A DNA stretch of 30,322 nucleotides from an uncultured Acidobacteriota bacterium (GCA_964432135.1 CAYSMT010000001.1:7548-37869); one strand, 5' to 3'; numbered from the stretch's first letter, positions 16,743 through 25,320 are shown. The notes: generated by a model not told the origin, from the sequence alone. Translations and numbers: made by a program.

Positions 16743-17855
16743 TCATGACAGCGCCTCCCAGACGAAGAAGACAAGGACGACAACAATGGCGAGGCTGCCG
16801 ATGACGGTGCCGAGTTCGCTCTTCGGATTGCGACGCCGGAAGAGCGCGTCGATGAAGGGCCAGAAGACGAAGGCGGCGCCCGCAGCCATCATTCCGGAGA
16901 TCCCAGCCCACAGAGGCACGAGCTTGAGCCACCGGAACATGGGATAGAAGTACCACTCCGGCTTGATATGCAGCGGCGTTTCGTCAGGGTTGGCCGGCAC
17001 GCCCAGGTGCGCCGGGAAGGCGATGGCGAGCACGGCCAGAACCGAAAGCAGGACGAAGCCGACCATCAGCTCGGTGGTGATATGGTCAGGGAAGAAGGCA
17101 AAGTAGCGGTTCGGGTCGAAGCGCTTCTTGCCCTCGCGGTCTTCCTCCACGGTCAGCGGCGTCTGCTGCACCTCCTCGGGAGCATCGAGTTCCATCACGC
17201 CGTGGATCCGTAGCAGAAAGACATGCGCGCCAATGAGAAGCAAGATCAGTGAGGGCATCGCTCCGATGTGGAAGACGAAGAAGCGTGTCAGGGTCGTCGG
17301 GCCAACCTCCTGGCCGCCTCGCATCAGCTTAAGAATCCACTCACCGATGAGCGGCGTCTGGGCCGCAACATTGGTCCCGACGGTCGCCGCCCAGAACGAG
17401 AGCTGATCGTTGATCAGGGCATAGCCCGTGAAGCCGAATCCAAGGGTGACCATCAGCAGGCCCGTGCCGACCATCCAGTTCAGCTCACGCGGCTTGCGGT
17501 ATGCACCGGTAAAGAAAACGCGCATCACATGGAGAACCACAGCGACGACCATCAGGTTGGCCGCCCAGTGATGCACCGAACGAACGAACCAGCCGAAGGG
17601 TACCTGCGTGTTGATGTAGTTGACCGTCTCCCAGGCGCCCTGAGGTGACGGACGGTAGTAGAAAGTCAGCAGGATCCCAGTAACCGCCTGGATGAGCAGC
17701 AGCATCAGCGGCGTACCGCCGAGCGCGTACCACCAGTTCTTCATGTGGTTTGGAATGGGCTCCTTGGAGAGCTCCTCGAACACCTCGATATCGACGGGAA
17801 CTCGGCTTCTTACGAAGCGGAGCCAGGAGGGAATGGTGTGACCGGTCTCCGACAT
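16743..17855 (-). CDS. Cytochrome b of a Rieske/cytb complex (fused cyt b + subunit IV, ~7 TM)
   Basis: Heme-ligand His pairs (VRSVHHW...VLH and FVFH...GAH), WAATVGTN, Qo motif HIKPEWYF and an RKPRELNWMVG motif. GGGAGG RBS before ATG 17855. Confidence 0.93.
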   Translation of the reverse strand: MSETGHTIPSWLRFVRSRVPVDIEVFEELSKEPIPNHMKNWWYALGGTPLMLLLIQAVTGILLTFYYRPSPQGAWETVNYINTQVPFGWFVRSVHHWAANLMVVAVVLHVMRVFFTGAYRKPRELNWMVGTGLLMVTLGFGFTGYALINDQLSFWAATVGTNVAAQTPLIGEWILKLMRGGQEVGPTTLTRFFVFHIGAMPSLILLLIGAHVFLLRIHGVMELDAPEEVQQTPLTVEEDREGKKRFDPNRYFAFFPDHITTELMVGFVLLSVLAVLAIAFPAHLGVPANPDETPLHIKPEWYFYPMFRWLKLVPLWAGISGMMAAGAAFVFWPFIDALFRRRNPKSELGTVIGSLAIVVVLVFFVWEALS

Positions 17856-17857
17856 GC

Positions 17858-18310
17858 TCAGGCCTCCCTGTCTGGCACGGTGGCCCACATGTGGTCGCCT
17901 TCGAGCCGCACCTCATAGCTTGGCAGCGGCTCCGGTGGCGGGCCGGCGATGACCTGCCCCTCGGTGTTGAAACGACCCATGTGGCAGGGGCACAGGAAGT
18001 TGCCGTTGACTTGATCCCACTCGACCCGGCACCCGAGATGTGTGCAGGTCGAGGAAAAGACCCGGACTTGCTCCTCGGAGAGCCGGATGACGATCAGGTC
18101 ATTGCCCAATACATTCTTCACGAAACGACTTGCGGCAATGGGTAGCTCGGAGAGCTTGCCGAGCAACACCTCACGAAATGGCTCGGTGCCTCCAGGCACG
18201 ACGTACGACGAGACCTGCCTCGCGAGAATCCCCAGGCCGGGAATCACAGTCACAGCCAGGGCGAGATTGGCGAGGAAATCCCGTCGATCTTTCGACTTGG
18301 GTTCTGGCAT
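17858..18310 (-). CDS. Rieske [2Fe-2S] subunit
   Basis: TAT motif DRRDFL, box I CTHLGC, box II CPCHMGRF and GPPPEPL. Confidence 0.93.
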   Translation of the reverse strand: MPEPKSKDRRDFLANLALAVTVIPGLGILARQVSSYVVPGGTEPFREVLLGKLSELPIAASRFVKNVLGNDLIVIRLSEEQVRVFSSTCTHLGCRVEWDQVNGNFLCPCHMGRFNTEGQVIAGPPPEPLPSYEVRLEGDHMWATVPDREA

Positions 18311-18342
18311 ACACGCACCTCTCTCTCAGTGGCCGCAACAAT

Positions 18343-18359
18343 ATGCAAGTGCTATTCCG
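18343..18359 (-). promoter_or_regulatory. Candidate sigma-54 (-24/-12) promoter of the Rieske-cytb-HAO-nap operon
   Basis: Minus strand reads CGGAATAGCACTTGCAT (GG-N10-GC, TTGCAT at -12). It would put transcription start about 23 nt before the Rieske ATG. A sigma-54 activator gene is adjacent. Confidence 0.55.
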
Positions 18360-18471
18360 GAAGGAGTGTGCCAGTTTGAAACACAAGACAACACTAGGCT
18401 TAGCTTGCAGAGCGACCAAGGGTCTTATCTAAACCAGCAAGCGAATGCCGATTTCATGGTGGGAAGACGAT

Positions 18472-18501
18472 CCAAAGAGGGCTTCACCCTGATTTCTTTG
18501 G
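18472..18501. promoter_or_regulatory. Inverted repeat CCAAAGA-N16-TCTTTGG, candidate enhancer-binding site or terminator of the regulator gene
   Basis: The dyad lies about 110-140 bp upstream of the putative sigma-54 site, a typical distance for an upstream activator sequence. Confidence 0.3.
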
Positions 18502-18534
18502 GTTTACGGTCGGCACTCGGATGCCGATCGCCCG

Positions 18535-19908
18535 TCAGCGGGATGAGTCGGTCATAGGTTCCGCTCGCGAGCGTCCGATCCCATGCTTGTGCATCAGGTT
18601 ATAGAGCTGGCGCGAGGAGATGCCGCTGCGGCGGGAGACCTCGCTCAGTTTGCCGCCACAAGCCGCCAGCGCCTGACGCAGGTAGGCTGCCTCAAACGCG
18701 TCGATGATGCGCTGTTTTTCCGCCTGGAAGTTGGGCAGTGGAGCCTCCTGTTCCGGTTCGTCGACGAGACGCAAAATCCCATCGCGACAGAAGACGACCA
18801 AACGCTCCAGTGCGTTCTCTAGCTCACGTACGTTACCGGGCCAGTCTCGTCTCTCGATCCAGGCAAAAACCCGTGGATCAATCTCGCGGATCGTCCGATT
18901 GTGGCGCTCCGCGTGACGCGGAAGCAGGTGCTCGAGCAGAGCCCTGAGGTCTCCGCGCCGTTCACGCAGAGGCGGCAAGTGAATCGGCACGACGTTGAGA
19001 CGATAGTAGAGATCTTCACGGAACTCCCCGCGCTCGACGTCGAGCTTCAGGTCGTGATGAGTAGCCGCAATGAAACGCACATCGACGGCGCGGGGTTCAT
19101 CGCTTCCAAGGGGGGTCACCCTCCCCTCCTCCAGAAAACGCAGCAACTTCGGCTGAATCTGAAGTGGAAGATCGCCGATCTCATCGAGCAGCAAGGTGCC
19201 GCGATCAGCGCTGACGAGCTTGCCGTCGCGATCACGCTCTGCGCCTGTGTAGGCACCGCGAACATGACCAAAGAGCTCGGCCTCGATCAACGTTTCCGGG
19301 ATCGCGGAGCAGTTGACAGCAACAAAGCGCTCCTTCGCCCGAGGGGAAGCCCTGTGTATCGCCCTGGCGACGAGTTCCTTGCCGGTCCCCGTCTCGCCGA
19401 GCAACAAGATCGTGACGGGCGTCTCGGCCACATCAGCGATCGTTTCACGCACAGCCTGCATCGCTTCCGAATCGCCGACGAGCTCGGTGGCCGCAGCTTC
19501 GAGACAGTGGCGCCGCATCTCTCTCTGGAAATTCGAGGCGTCCAGAGCCAGGGCGAGAGTGCGGAGAAGCTCGCCCTCGTCCAAGGGACGTGCCAAGTAG
19601 GTCGTCGCACCCAGACGCATGGCCTCGACCGCCCGGCGTTCGTCACTGTGAGTCGCGACCAGCACCACGGGAAGGTCCGGGACGCGCCGCTTGGCATAGC
19701 GCAGAAGGTCGAGCCCGCTCAGGGCACCTCGCAGATCCTGCTCGGTGATCAGGAGGTCGGGCCTGGATTCGGCAATCGAGGACAAAGCCGCTGGAGCATC
19801 GAAGAAACAGTGAACGTCGTATCCGGCGCGGGCGAGCATGGCAGCAACCTGCCGGCCCGCACTCGGGTCCGGGTCAACGATCAGGATCTGACGCTGTCGC
19901 TCGCTCAT
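18535..19908 (-). CDS. Sigma-54-dependent enhancer-binding protein (NtrC-like architecture) with atypical receiver domain
   Basis: Walker A GETGTGKE, GAYTGA loop, Walker B LLLDEIG, FREDLYYRL and a C-terminal HTH. The N-terminal domain has a REC fold but degenerate active-site residues. Confidence 0.92.
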   Translation of the reverse strand: MSERQRQILIVDPDPSAGRQVAAMLARAGYDVHCFFDAPAALSSIAESRPDLLITEQDLRGALSGLDLLRYAKRRVPDLPVVLVATHSDERRAVEAMRLGATTYLARPLDEGELLRTLALALDASNFQREMRRHCLEAAATELVGDSEAMQAVRETIADVAETPVTILLLGETGTGKELVARAIHRASPRAKERFVAVNCSAIPETLIEAELFGHVRGAYTGAERDRDGKLVSADRGTLLLDEIGDLPLQIQPKLLRFLEEGRVTPLGSDEPRAVDVRFIAATHHDLKLDVERGEFREDLYYRLNVVPIHLPPLRERRGDLRALLEHLLPRHAERHNRTIREIDPRVFAWIERRDWPGNVRELENALERLVVFCRDGILRLVDEPEQEAPLPNFQAEKQRIIDAFEAAYLRQALAACGGKLSEVSRRSGISSRQLYNLMHKHGIGRSRAEPMTDSSR

Positions 19909-19956
19909 GGGGCCGTCGAGTCCTATGGAAGTTGGGCGCTCGCGTAGTATACGGGG

Positions 19957-21168
19957 ATGAGAGAGCAGCAAGGTTATCGAGTTCGGAAGAAGGCCATGCG
20001 CTTATCGCACGCCGATGTCAACGACGCCGAAACCACAGCATGCATGCTGCGCTGGTATGAGGCGTTCAGGCGCCCCCTTCCCTTCCGTTCGAACCGAGCC
20101 CCATATGCGATCTGGATCGCCGAGATCATGGCGCAGCAGACGACGATGCGTGCTGTCGTGCCCTATTGGCAGCGCTTCCTCGCCACCTTTCCTGATATTG
20201 AATCTCTCGCGCGAGCAGATATCGACCAAGTCCTCGCGCTGTGGTCAGGTCTCGGCTACTACCGCCGAGCTCGCCAACTACACCGGGCCGCACAAACGAT
20301 CGTCAACGAGCTGGCAGGGCGCTTTCCAGAAACTCTCGAACAGCTCCGAACCCTTCCAGGTGTGGGACCCTACACGGCGGCCGCGATCGCTTCGATCTGT
20401 TTCGGCCTTCCCACGCCGGTCGTCGACGGCAACGTCATCCGTGTACTCACTCGTTTTGCCGGGATCGAAGGGGATCCGAAGCGCGTGCGCGTTCGGCGCC
20501 AGATCGAGGAACGCGCACGTGACCTGATCGACCCCACGAGGCCCGGCGAGTTCAACCAAGCGCTGATGGAACTCGGCGCTCTCGTCTGCCGGCGGCACAA
20601 TCCCCGTTGCGACGCGTGCCCGCTGGCGGGGGGCTGCCGGGCTTTGGCGATGGGCGATCCGGTACGCTTTCCACAAACAGTGCCCTCGCGCCCGAGCGTG
20701 GCCCTGGTCACGGGCTACGCGCTCATTGTCGACACAAACGGGGCCGTACTCCTACACCGTATCCCGCCGGGTGAGTTCAACGCGGGTTTGTGGGAGCTTC
20801 CGGGGGCCGTGCTCATCCGAAAACAATCCGCGGACAACGACAAACGCCGAGAATCGTTTTCCGGGCGAGATATTTCCCCCTCCCTTGCGCATGCGCTCGA
20901 AAAAGCCCTCGCCACCTCGTTGGAGATCGAGGCGCGTGTTGGCCCGCTGCTGCTGCGTGCACGCCACACCATCACCCATCATCGAATCCTTGGCCTGATA
21001 TGCGAGGCCGTACTGACCTCTTCTCTTCACCCGTCGAGCGCCTTGGAATACTTCAAGCTTGAATCACTCGAAGCCATTGCATTGACGAGCCTCACCCGAC
21101 GAGCCCTGCGCGAATGGACTCGTAGGAGAAGTCAGGAGGCTTCTGCGACCATGCGAACACGGCCATGA
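19957..21168 (+). CDS. mutY: A/G-specific adenine DNA glycosylase
   Basis: EIMAQQT, WSGLGYYRRA, HhH LPGVGPYTAAA, VVDGNVIRV, FNQALMELGA, [4Fe-4S] motif CRRHNPRCDACPLAGGC and a NUDIX-like C-terminus. Start uncertain. Confidence 0.93.
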   Translation: MREQQGYRVRKKAMRLSHADVNDAETTACMLRWYEAFRRPLPFRSNRAPYAIWIAEIMAQQTTMRAVVPYWQRFLATFPDIESLARADIDQVLALWSGLGYYRRARQLHRAAQTIVNELAGRFPETLEQLRTLPGVGPYTAAAIASICFGLPTPVVDGNVIRVLTRFAGIEGDPKRVRVRRQIEERARDLIDPTRPGEFNQALMELGALVCRRHNPRCDACPLAGGCRALAMGDPVRFPQTVPSRPSVALVTGYALIVDTNGAVLLHRIPPGEFNAGLWELPGAVLIRKQSADNDKRRESFSGRDISPSLAHALEKALATSLEIEARVGPLLLRARHTITHHRILGLICEAVLTSSLHPSSALEYFKLESLEAIALTSLTRRALREWTRRRSQEASATMRTRP

Positions 21169-21488
21169 AAGGTAGCCCCGGGATCAACGACGAGAGTGGG
21201 GGCGTGGAGGATCATCTCGCCGCTGAAGACGGCTCCGGGGAGAAGGTGGACTTCGCGAACAACCTCGACACGACCCTCGACGCGTCCATAAACCGTCAAC
21301 ACCTGCACGGAGAGTTTGCCCGAGATGCGAGCTCTCTCACCGACGATCAGGGTGTCACCGGCGACGCTGCCTCCCGTGAGCTGGCCATCGACGCGCAAGC
21401 AACCTTCGAAGCGAATCGAGCCGCCTTCGACGCGCATCTCCTCGCCCATCCAGGCGGTGATCTCTTCTTTCTGTTGACTGCGCCGCAT
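21132..21488 (-). CDS. Bactofilin (polymer-forming cytoskeletal protein)
   Basis: Beta-helix repeats (LRVDGQLTG, LIVGERARISG, VYGRVEGRV, VFSGEM, GATFHGRVRM). The start overlaps the parB stop, and the 3' end overlaps convergent mutY by 37 bp. Confidence 0.88.
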   Translation of the reverse strand: MRRSQQKEEITAWMGEEMRVEGGSIRFEGCLRVDGQLTGGSVAGDTLIVGERARISGKLSVQVLTVYGRVEGRVEVVREVHLLPGAVFSGEMILHAPTLVVDPGATFHGRVRMVAEAS

Positions 21489-22408
21489 CAGCTACTCGTA
21501 CCCTCGAGGCCCAACAGCAGGCGGTAGAGCCGATCGAGATCGTCATCTCCCGCGAAGCGAATCTCGATCCAGCCGCGTTGACCACGTCGACGCTTGATGG
21601 CAACCCGTGCGCCGAGCGCCCGAGAGAGCGATTCCTCCGCAGCGAGGACATTGGGGTCCCTGCGCTTTGAGGGGGCGAAATCTACCGGAAGGACAGCGTC
21701 TGGCTCAGCGAGCCGCCGCACCTTCTCCTCCACGCGGCGAACAGACCAGGCACCCTCCACAGCCTGATTCGCGAGGCGAAGCTGCTGCTGCGCATCATCC
21801 AGACCGGCAAGGGCGCGACCGTGCCCCATATTCAGATGCCCTTCAGCGATCAGATCCTGAACCTCCTCGGGCAGGTCGAGCAGGCGCAAATAGTTCGTGA
21901 CACTGCTGCGGGGCATACCGACTCTTGAGGCGACCTCCGCCTGGGTCAATCGAAAGCGCCTCACCAGGGCGCGAAACGCCTGGGCCGTCTCTAGCGCGCC
22001 GAGGTCGTCGCGCTGAAGATTTTCGATCAACGCGAACTCGAGCATACGTTCGTCGGCGAGTTCGCGAACGATAGCGGGCACTGTTGCGAGCCCGGCGAGG
22101 CGCGCCGCACGCAGGCGCCTCTCACCAGCAATGAGAGTGTAGCCGCCGTCTTTCTCCTGACGCAGGAGGAGCGGCTGCAAGATGCCACTGGAGCGAATCG
22201 AAGCAGCGAGGGCGTCGATTTCCACCGGGTCGAAGTGCGTGCGGGGCTGGTGTGGATTGGGTTTGATCTGATCGAGGGCTATTTCTGCCGGGGTCCCCGC
22301 AGAAGGGGACCCGCCCTCTCGACCGAGCAAGGCGTCGCTATCGCTAAACTCGGGAATCAGACTGTCAAGGCCCTTGCCCAGAGCCCTACGCTTCGCTTCG
22401 CCCTTCAC
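21488..22408 (-). CDS. parB: Chromosome partitioning protein ParB/Spo0J
   Basis: [15 protein letters not shown]-terminus, PNPHQPR, CTP-binding [17 protein letters not shown] and an HTH ([23 protein letters not shown]). Likely GTG start at 22408. Confidence 0.95.
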   Translation of the reverse strand: MKGEAKRRALGKGLDSLIPEFSDSDALLGREGGSPSAGTPAEIALDQIKPNPHQPRTHFDPVEIDALAASIRSSGILQPLLLRQEKDGGYTLIAGERRLRAARLAGLATVPAIVRELADERMLEFALIENLQRDDLGALETAQAFRALVRRFRLTQAEVASRVGMPRSSVTNYLRLLDLPEEVQDLIAEGHLNMGHGRALAGLDDAQQQLRLANQAVEGAWSVRRVEEKVRRLAEPDAVLPVDFAPSKRRDPNVLAAEESLSRALGARVAIKRRRGQRGWIEIRFAGDDDLDRLYRLLLGLEGTSS

Positions 22409-23162
22409 GACTAAGAATCTCCTTGGCGAGATCGAGATAGGCGCTCGCCCCCTTGGAACGCGCATCGTAGAGGAATACAGGCTTTCCGAAGGAGGGCGCC
22501 TCACCGAGCCGGATGTTTCGGGGGATGACGGTCTGATAGACCGCACCTTTGAAAAACTGGCAGACCTCCTCGGCGACTTGCCGCGAAAGGTTCGTACGCT
22601 CGTCGTACATCGTCAGCAGGACACCTTCAACCTTGAGCTCTCCGTTGAGAGCCTTCTTCACGCGGCGGAGGGTTTGGATGAGCTGCGTGACGCCTTCAAG
22701 CGCGAGATACTCACACTGAATAGGAACGAGAACCGAACCCGCGGCTGTCAACGCATTGACCGTGAGAAAACCAAGGCTGGGAGGGCAGTCGACGAAGATG
22801 AAGTCGAAACCATTGCCCGCCTCGGCAAGCGCATCCGCGAGACGATACTCGCGGCGTGGCAAACCCGCGAGTTCGACCTCAGCCCCCGTAAGCTCGTTCT
22901 CCGATGGACACAGCAGCAGATTCTCGAGATCGGTCCCCAAAAAGGTCTCCCTCAGGGGCGTGCCCTCGATCAGACAATCGTAGATCGTTACCCGCTCCGG
23001 GTCCCGCTCATAGCCCAGCGCGCGCGTACTATTCGCTTGAGGATCGAGATCAATCAACAGCGTACGTCGCCCGGCGAGCGCGAGGGCCGCGCCGAGGTTG
23101 ACGGCGGTCGTGGTTTTGCCCACACCGCCCTTCTGGTTGGCGACGGCGATGACCTTCGGCAT
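22386..23162 (-). CDS. parA: Chromosome partitioning ATPase ParA/Soj
   Basis: [36 protein letters not shown] and [14 protein letters not shown]. Confidence 0.96.
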   Translation of the reverse strand: MPKVIAVANQKGGVGKTTTAVNLGAALALAGRRTLLIDLDPQANSTRALGYERDPERVTIYDCLIEGTPLRETFLGTDLENLLLCPSENELTGAEVELAGLPRREYRLADALAEAGNGFDFIFVDCPPSLGFLTVNALTAAGSVLVPIQCEYLALEGVTQLIQTLRRVKKALNGELKVEGVLLTMYDERTNLSRQVAEEVCQFFKGAVYQTVIPRNIRLGEAPSFGKPVFLYDARSKGASAYLDLAKEILSREGRSEA

Positions 23163-23224
23163 GGGGAAGTCCTACCGGAGTGAAAGCGCGAGATTAGCAC
23201 ATGGCGCGTCCTGCGACCCGGCTT

Positions 23225-23320
23225 GATGAATTGCATAAGGTCAATTCTGAATTAAAACGAAAGTAAAACGAATACTGTATAAAACTTAACATATTGTATT
23301 CAAACGTGTTAACACTCATC
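23225..23320. promoter_or_regulatory. AT-rich segment in the parA/mnmG divergent intergenic region
   Basis: Markedly AT-rich compared with the rest of the window. TAAAAC occurs at 23253, 23264 and 23280, and a GTGTTAACAC palindrome at 23306-23315. Confidence 0.5.
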
Positions 23321-23339
23321 TCCTCCTTTGGGGAGCTCA

Positions 23340-23355
23340 TGTTCCACGTGGAACA
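23340..23355. promoter_or_regulatory. parS: parS site 1 (TGTTCCACGTGGAACA)
   Basis: Perfect match to the bacterial parS palindrome, located next to parAB. Confidence 0.95.
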
Positions 23356-23478
23356 TTTCCTCTCCTTCCCCACGCTCCGGTGGGCGCGCTTCGACCATGA
23401 TGCCGCGAGCCGTTACCATAACCCGGCTCCCATCTGGCACGTAGACCAGCCGATGGGCCCTTTTCCCCGAGGCCGATC

Positions 23479-25320
23479 GTGAGTTCTCCACATCCCCTCA
23501 TTGTTATTGGCGGAGGCCATGCCGGCGTCGAGGCCGCCCACGCGGCGGCACGCATGGGTTGCGAGGTGCGGCTCCTCACACTGAATACCGACGCCCTCGT
23601 CCGGCTCTCGTGCAACCCCGCGATCGGCGGTATCGGGAAGGCTCACCTCGTGCGAGAGATCGATGCCATGGGCGGGTTGATGGGCATCGCAGCAGATCTC
23701 GCGGGCATTCATTTCCGGGTCCTTAACCGCAGCCGGGGCCCCGCAGTCCAGGGACCTCGTATTCAGCAGGACGACAAGCGCTACCCCCAACTGCTTGAAA
23801 CACTTCTACACTCGACGGGGCGGATCGAGCTTGTTTCGGGCGAGGCTACGCGAGTGATCACCGAAAATGGACGGCTTCGTTTCGTCGAGACCACAGAAGG
23901 CAAGAGGTTCGAGACCTCGGCCGTCATTGTCACTTCCGGCACCTTTCTGCGCGGGATGCTTTTTCGCGGAGACGACGCCATTCCCGGCGGCCGGCGGGGC
24001 GAGGGGAGCGCCGAGCTTCTCTCAGAGAACCTGCGTGATCTCGGCCTACGACTCGAGCGTTTCAAGACGGGGACACCGCCGCGGCTCATCGCGGATTCGA
24101 TCGATTACGAACGGCTGACCGAGCAGCCCGGTGATCAAGACCCCGTTCCCCTCTCCTTCCTTCACCTTTCGGAAGCTGATTTTCGACCCAGCACACCCCA
24201 AGTGATGACCCACCTCGCCGCAACTCACGCGGGCTCTCACGAGATCGTCCGTTCAGCGCTGGATCGTTCTCCGCTGTACTCTGGCCGCATTCGTGCGCGC
24301 GGGCCGCGCTACTGTCCTTCCTTTGAAGACAAGGTCGTCAAATTCCCGGAGCGCGACGCTCACCTGCTGCACGTCGAGCCGATGGGAACCGACCACCCTT
24401 GGGTCTACCTCAATGGACTCTCAACGAGTCTTCCGGAGGAAATCCAGGAAGAGCTCGTCCATAGCATCTCAGGACTCGAACGCGCCCGGCTCGCACGCTA
24501 CGGCTATGCGGTCGAGTACGACTTCGCGCCACCAACGCAGCTTCACGCCACTCTCGAATGCCGTACCGTGCCGGGTCTCTTCCTCGCGGGACAGATTTGT
24601 GGGACGACCGGCTACGAAGAAGCCGCTGCCCTGGGCTTGATCGCAGGAATTAACGCAGGGCGCCGCGTTCTCGGCCGTTCGGCGTGGATCCCCAACCGGC
24701 TCGAGAGCTACCTTGGTGTGCTTGTGGATGATTTGACGAACTGCGGCGTGCTCGAGCCCTATCGAATGTTCACTTCGCGAGCCGAGTTACGGCTTTCGCT
24801 AGCCCCCGATACCGCGGATCGGCGCATGACACCCGCCGCTGAAGCGTTGGGCCTGGTAGCTCCGACGCGCGCGCGGCAGACGGAAGCCCGCTGGCGAGCG
24901 ATCGATCAAGCCCATGCGGCTCTCGACCATGCGGGCGATCTGAGCGCGTCGCGCCCGAGAGTGCCTGCGGACGGCATCCGCCGGGGAGACGATCCGCAAG
25001 AGATCCTCAGGACACACTATCCTTGCGCGCTCGACTGGCATCGGCGCGATCGTGAGACTCTCATCGCCGCGCTGCGCTATCGGGGCTACCTTGAAATCGA
25101 ACGTCGCGAGGCGGCCAAGCTCGCGGGCATCGAAAACGCGCGCATTCCGGATGCTTTTTGCTATGGCGCCGTTTCCGGCCTGTCTACCGAGCTACGGGCT
25201 CGTCTCGAGGAAGCGCGCCCACGCACTCTCGGCCAAGCCTCGCGCCTACCGGGCATGACCCCCGCCGCACTCGCCCTCCTTGCAGCAATGATCTCAACAT
25301 CGCGACAGGCCGCCTCGTGA
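23479..25320 (+). CDS. mnmG: tRNA uridine-5-carboxymethylaminomethyl modification enzyme MnmG/GidA
   Basis: GGGHAGVEAA, SCNPAIGG, GPAV, FKTGTPPRL, GPRYCPS, GTTGYEEAA and YRMFTSRAE. Confidence 0.95.
   Translation: MSSPHPLIVIGGGHAGVEAAHAAARMGCEVRLLTLNTDALVRLSCNPAIGGIGKAHLVREIDAMGGLMGIAADLAGIHFRVLNRSRGPAVQGPRIQQDDKRYPQLLETLLHSTGRIELVSGEATRVITENGRLRFVETTEGKRFETSAVIVTSGTFLRGMLFRGDDAIPGGRRGEGSAELLSENLRDLGLRLERFKTGTPPRLIADSIDYERLTEQPGDQDPVPLSFLHLSEADFRPSTPQVMTHLAATHAGSHEIVRSALDRSPLYSGRIRARGPRYCPSFEDKVVKFPERDAHLLHVEPMGTDHPWVYLNGLSTSLPEEIQEELVHSISGLERARLARYGYAVEYDFAPPTQLHATLECRTVPGLFLAGQICGTTGYEEAAALGLIAGINAGRRVLGRSAWIPNRLESYLGVLVDDLTNCGVLEPYRMFTSRAELRLSLAPDTADRRMTPAAEALGLVAPTRARQTEARWRAIDQAHAALDHAGDLSASRPRVPADGIRRGDDPQEILRTHYPCALDWHRRDRETLIAALRYRGYLEIERREAAKLAGIENARIPDAFCYGAVSGLSTELRARLEEARPRTLGQASRLPGMTPAALALLAAMISTSRQAAS

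Noticed and set aside
21132-21168. 37-bp convergent overlap of mutY and bactofilin as antisense regulation
   Set aside because: Short 3' overlaps are common in GC-rich genomes, and nothing else supports a regulatory role.
22374-23183. 269-aa plus-strand ORF (also 18901-19947, 7897-8553, 6312-6980, 13425-14078 and similar)
   Set aside because: Antisense shadows of real genes in GC-rich DNA, with no motifs.
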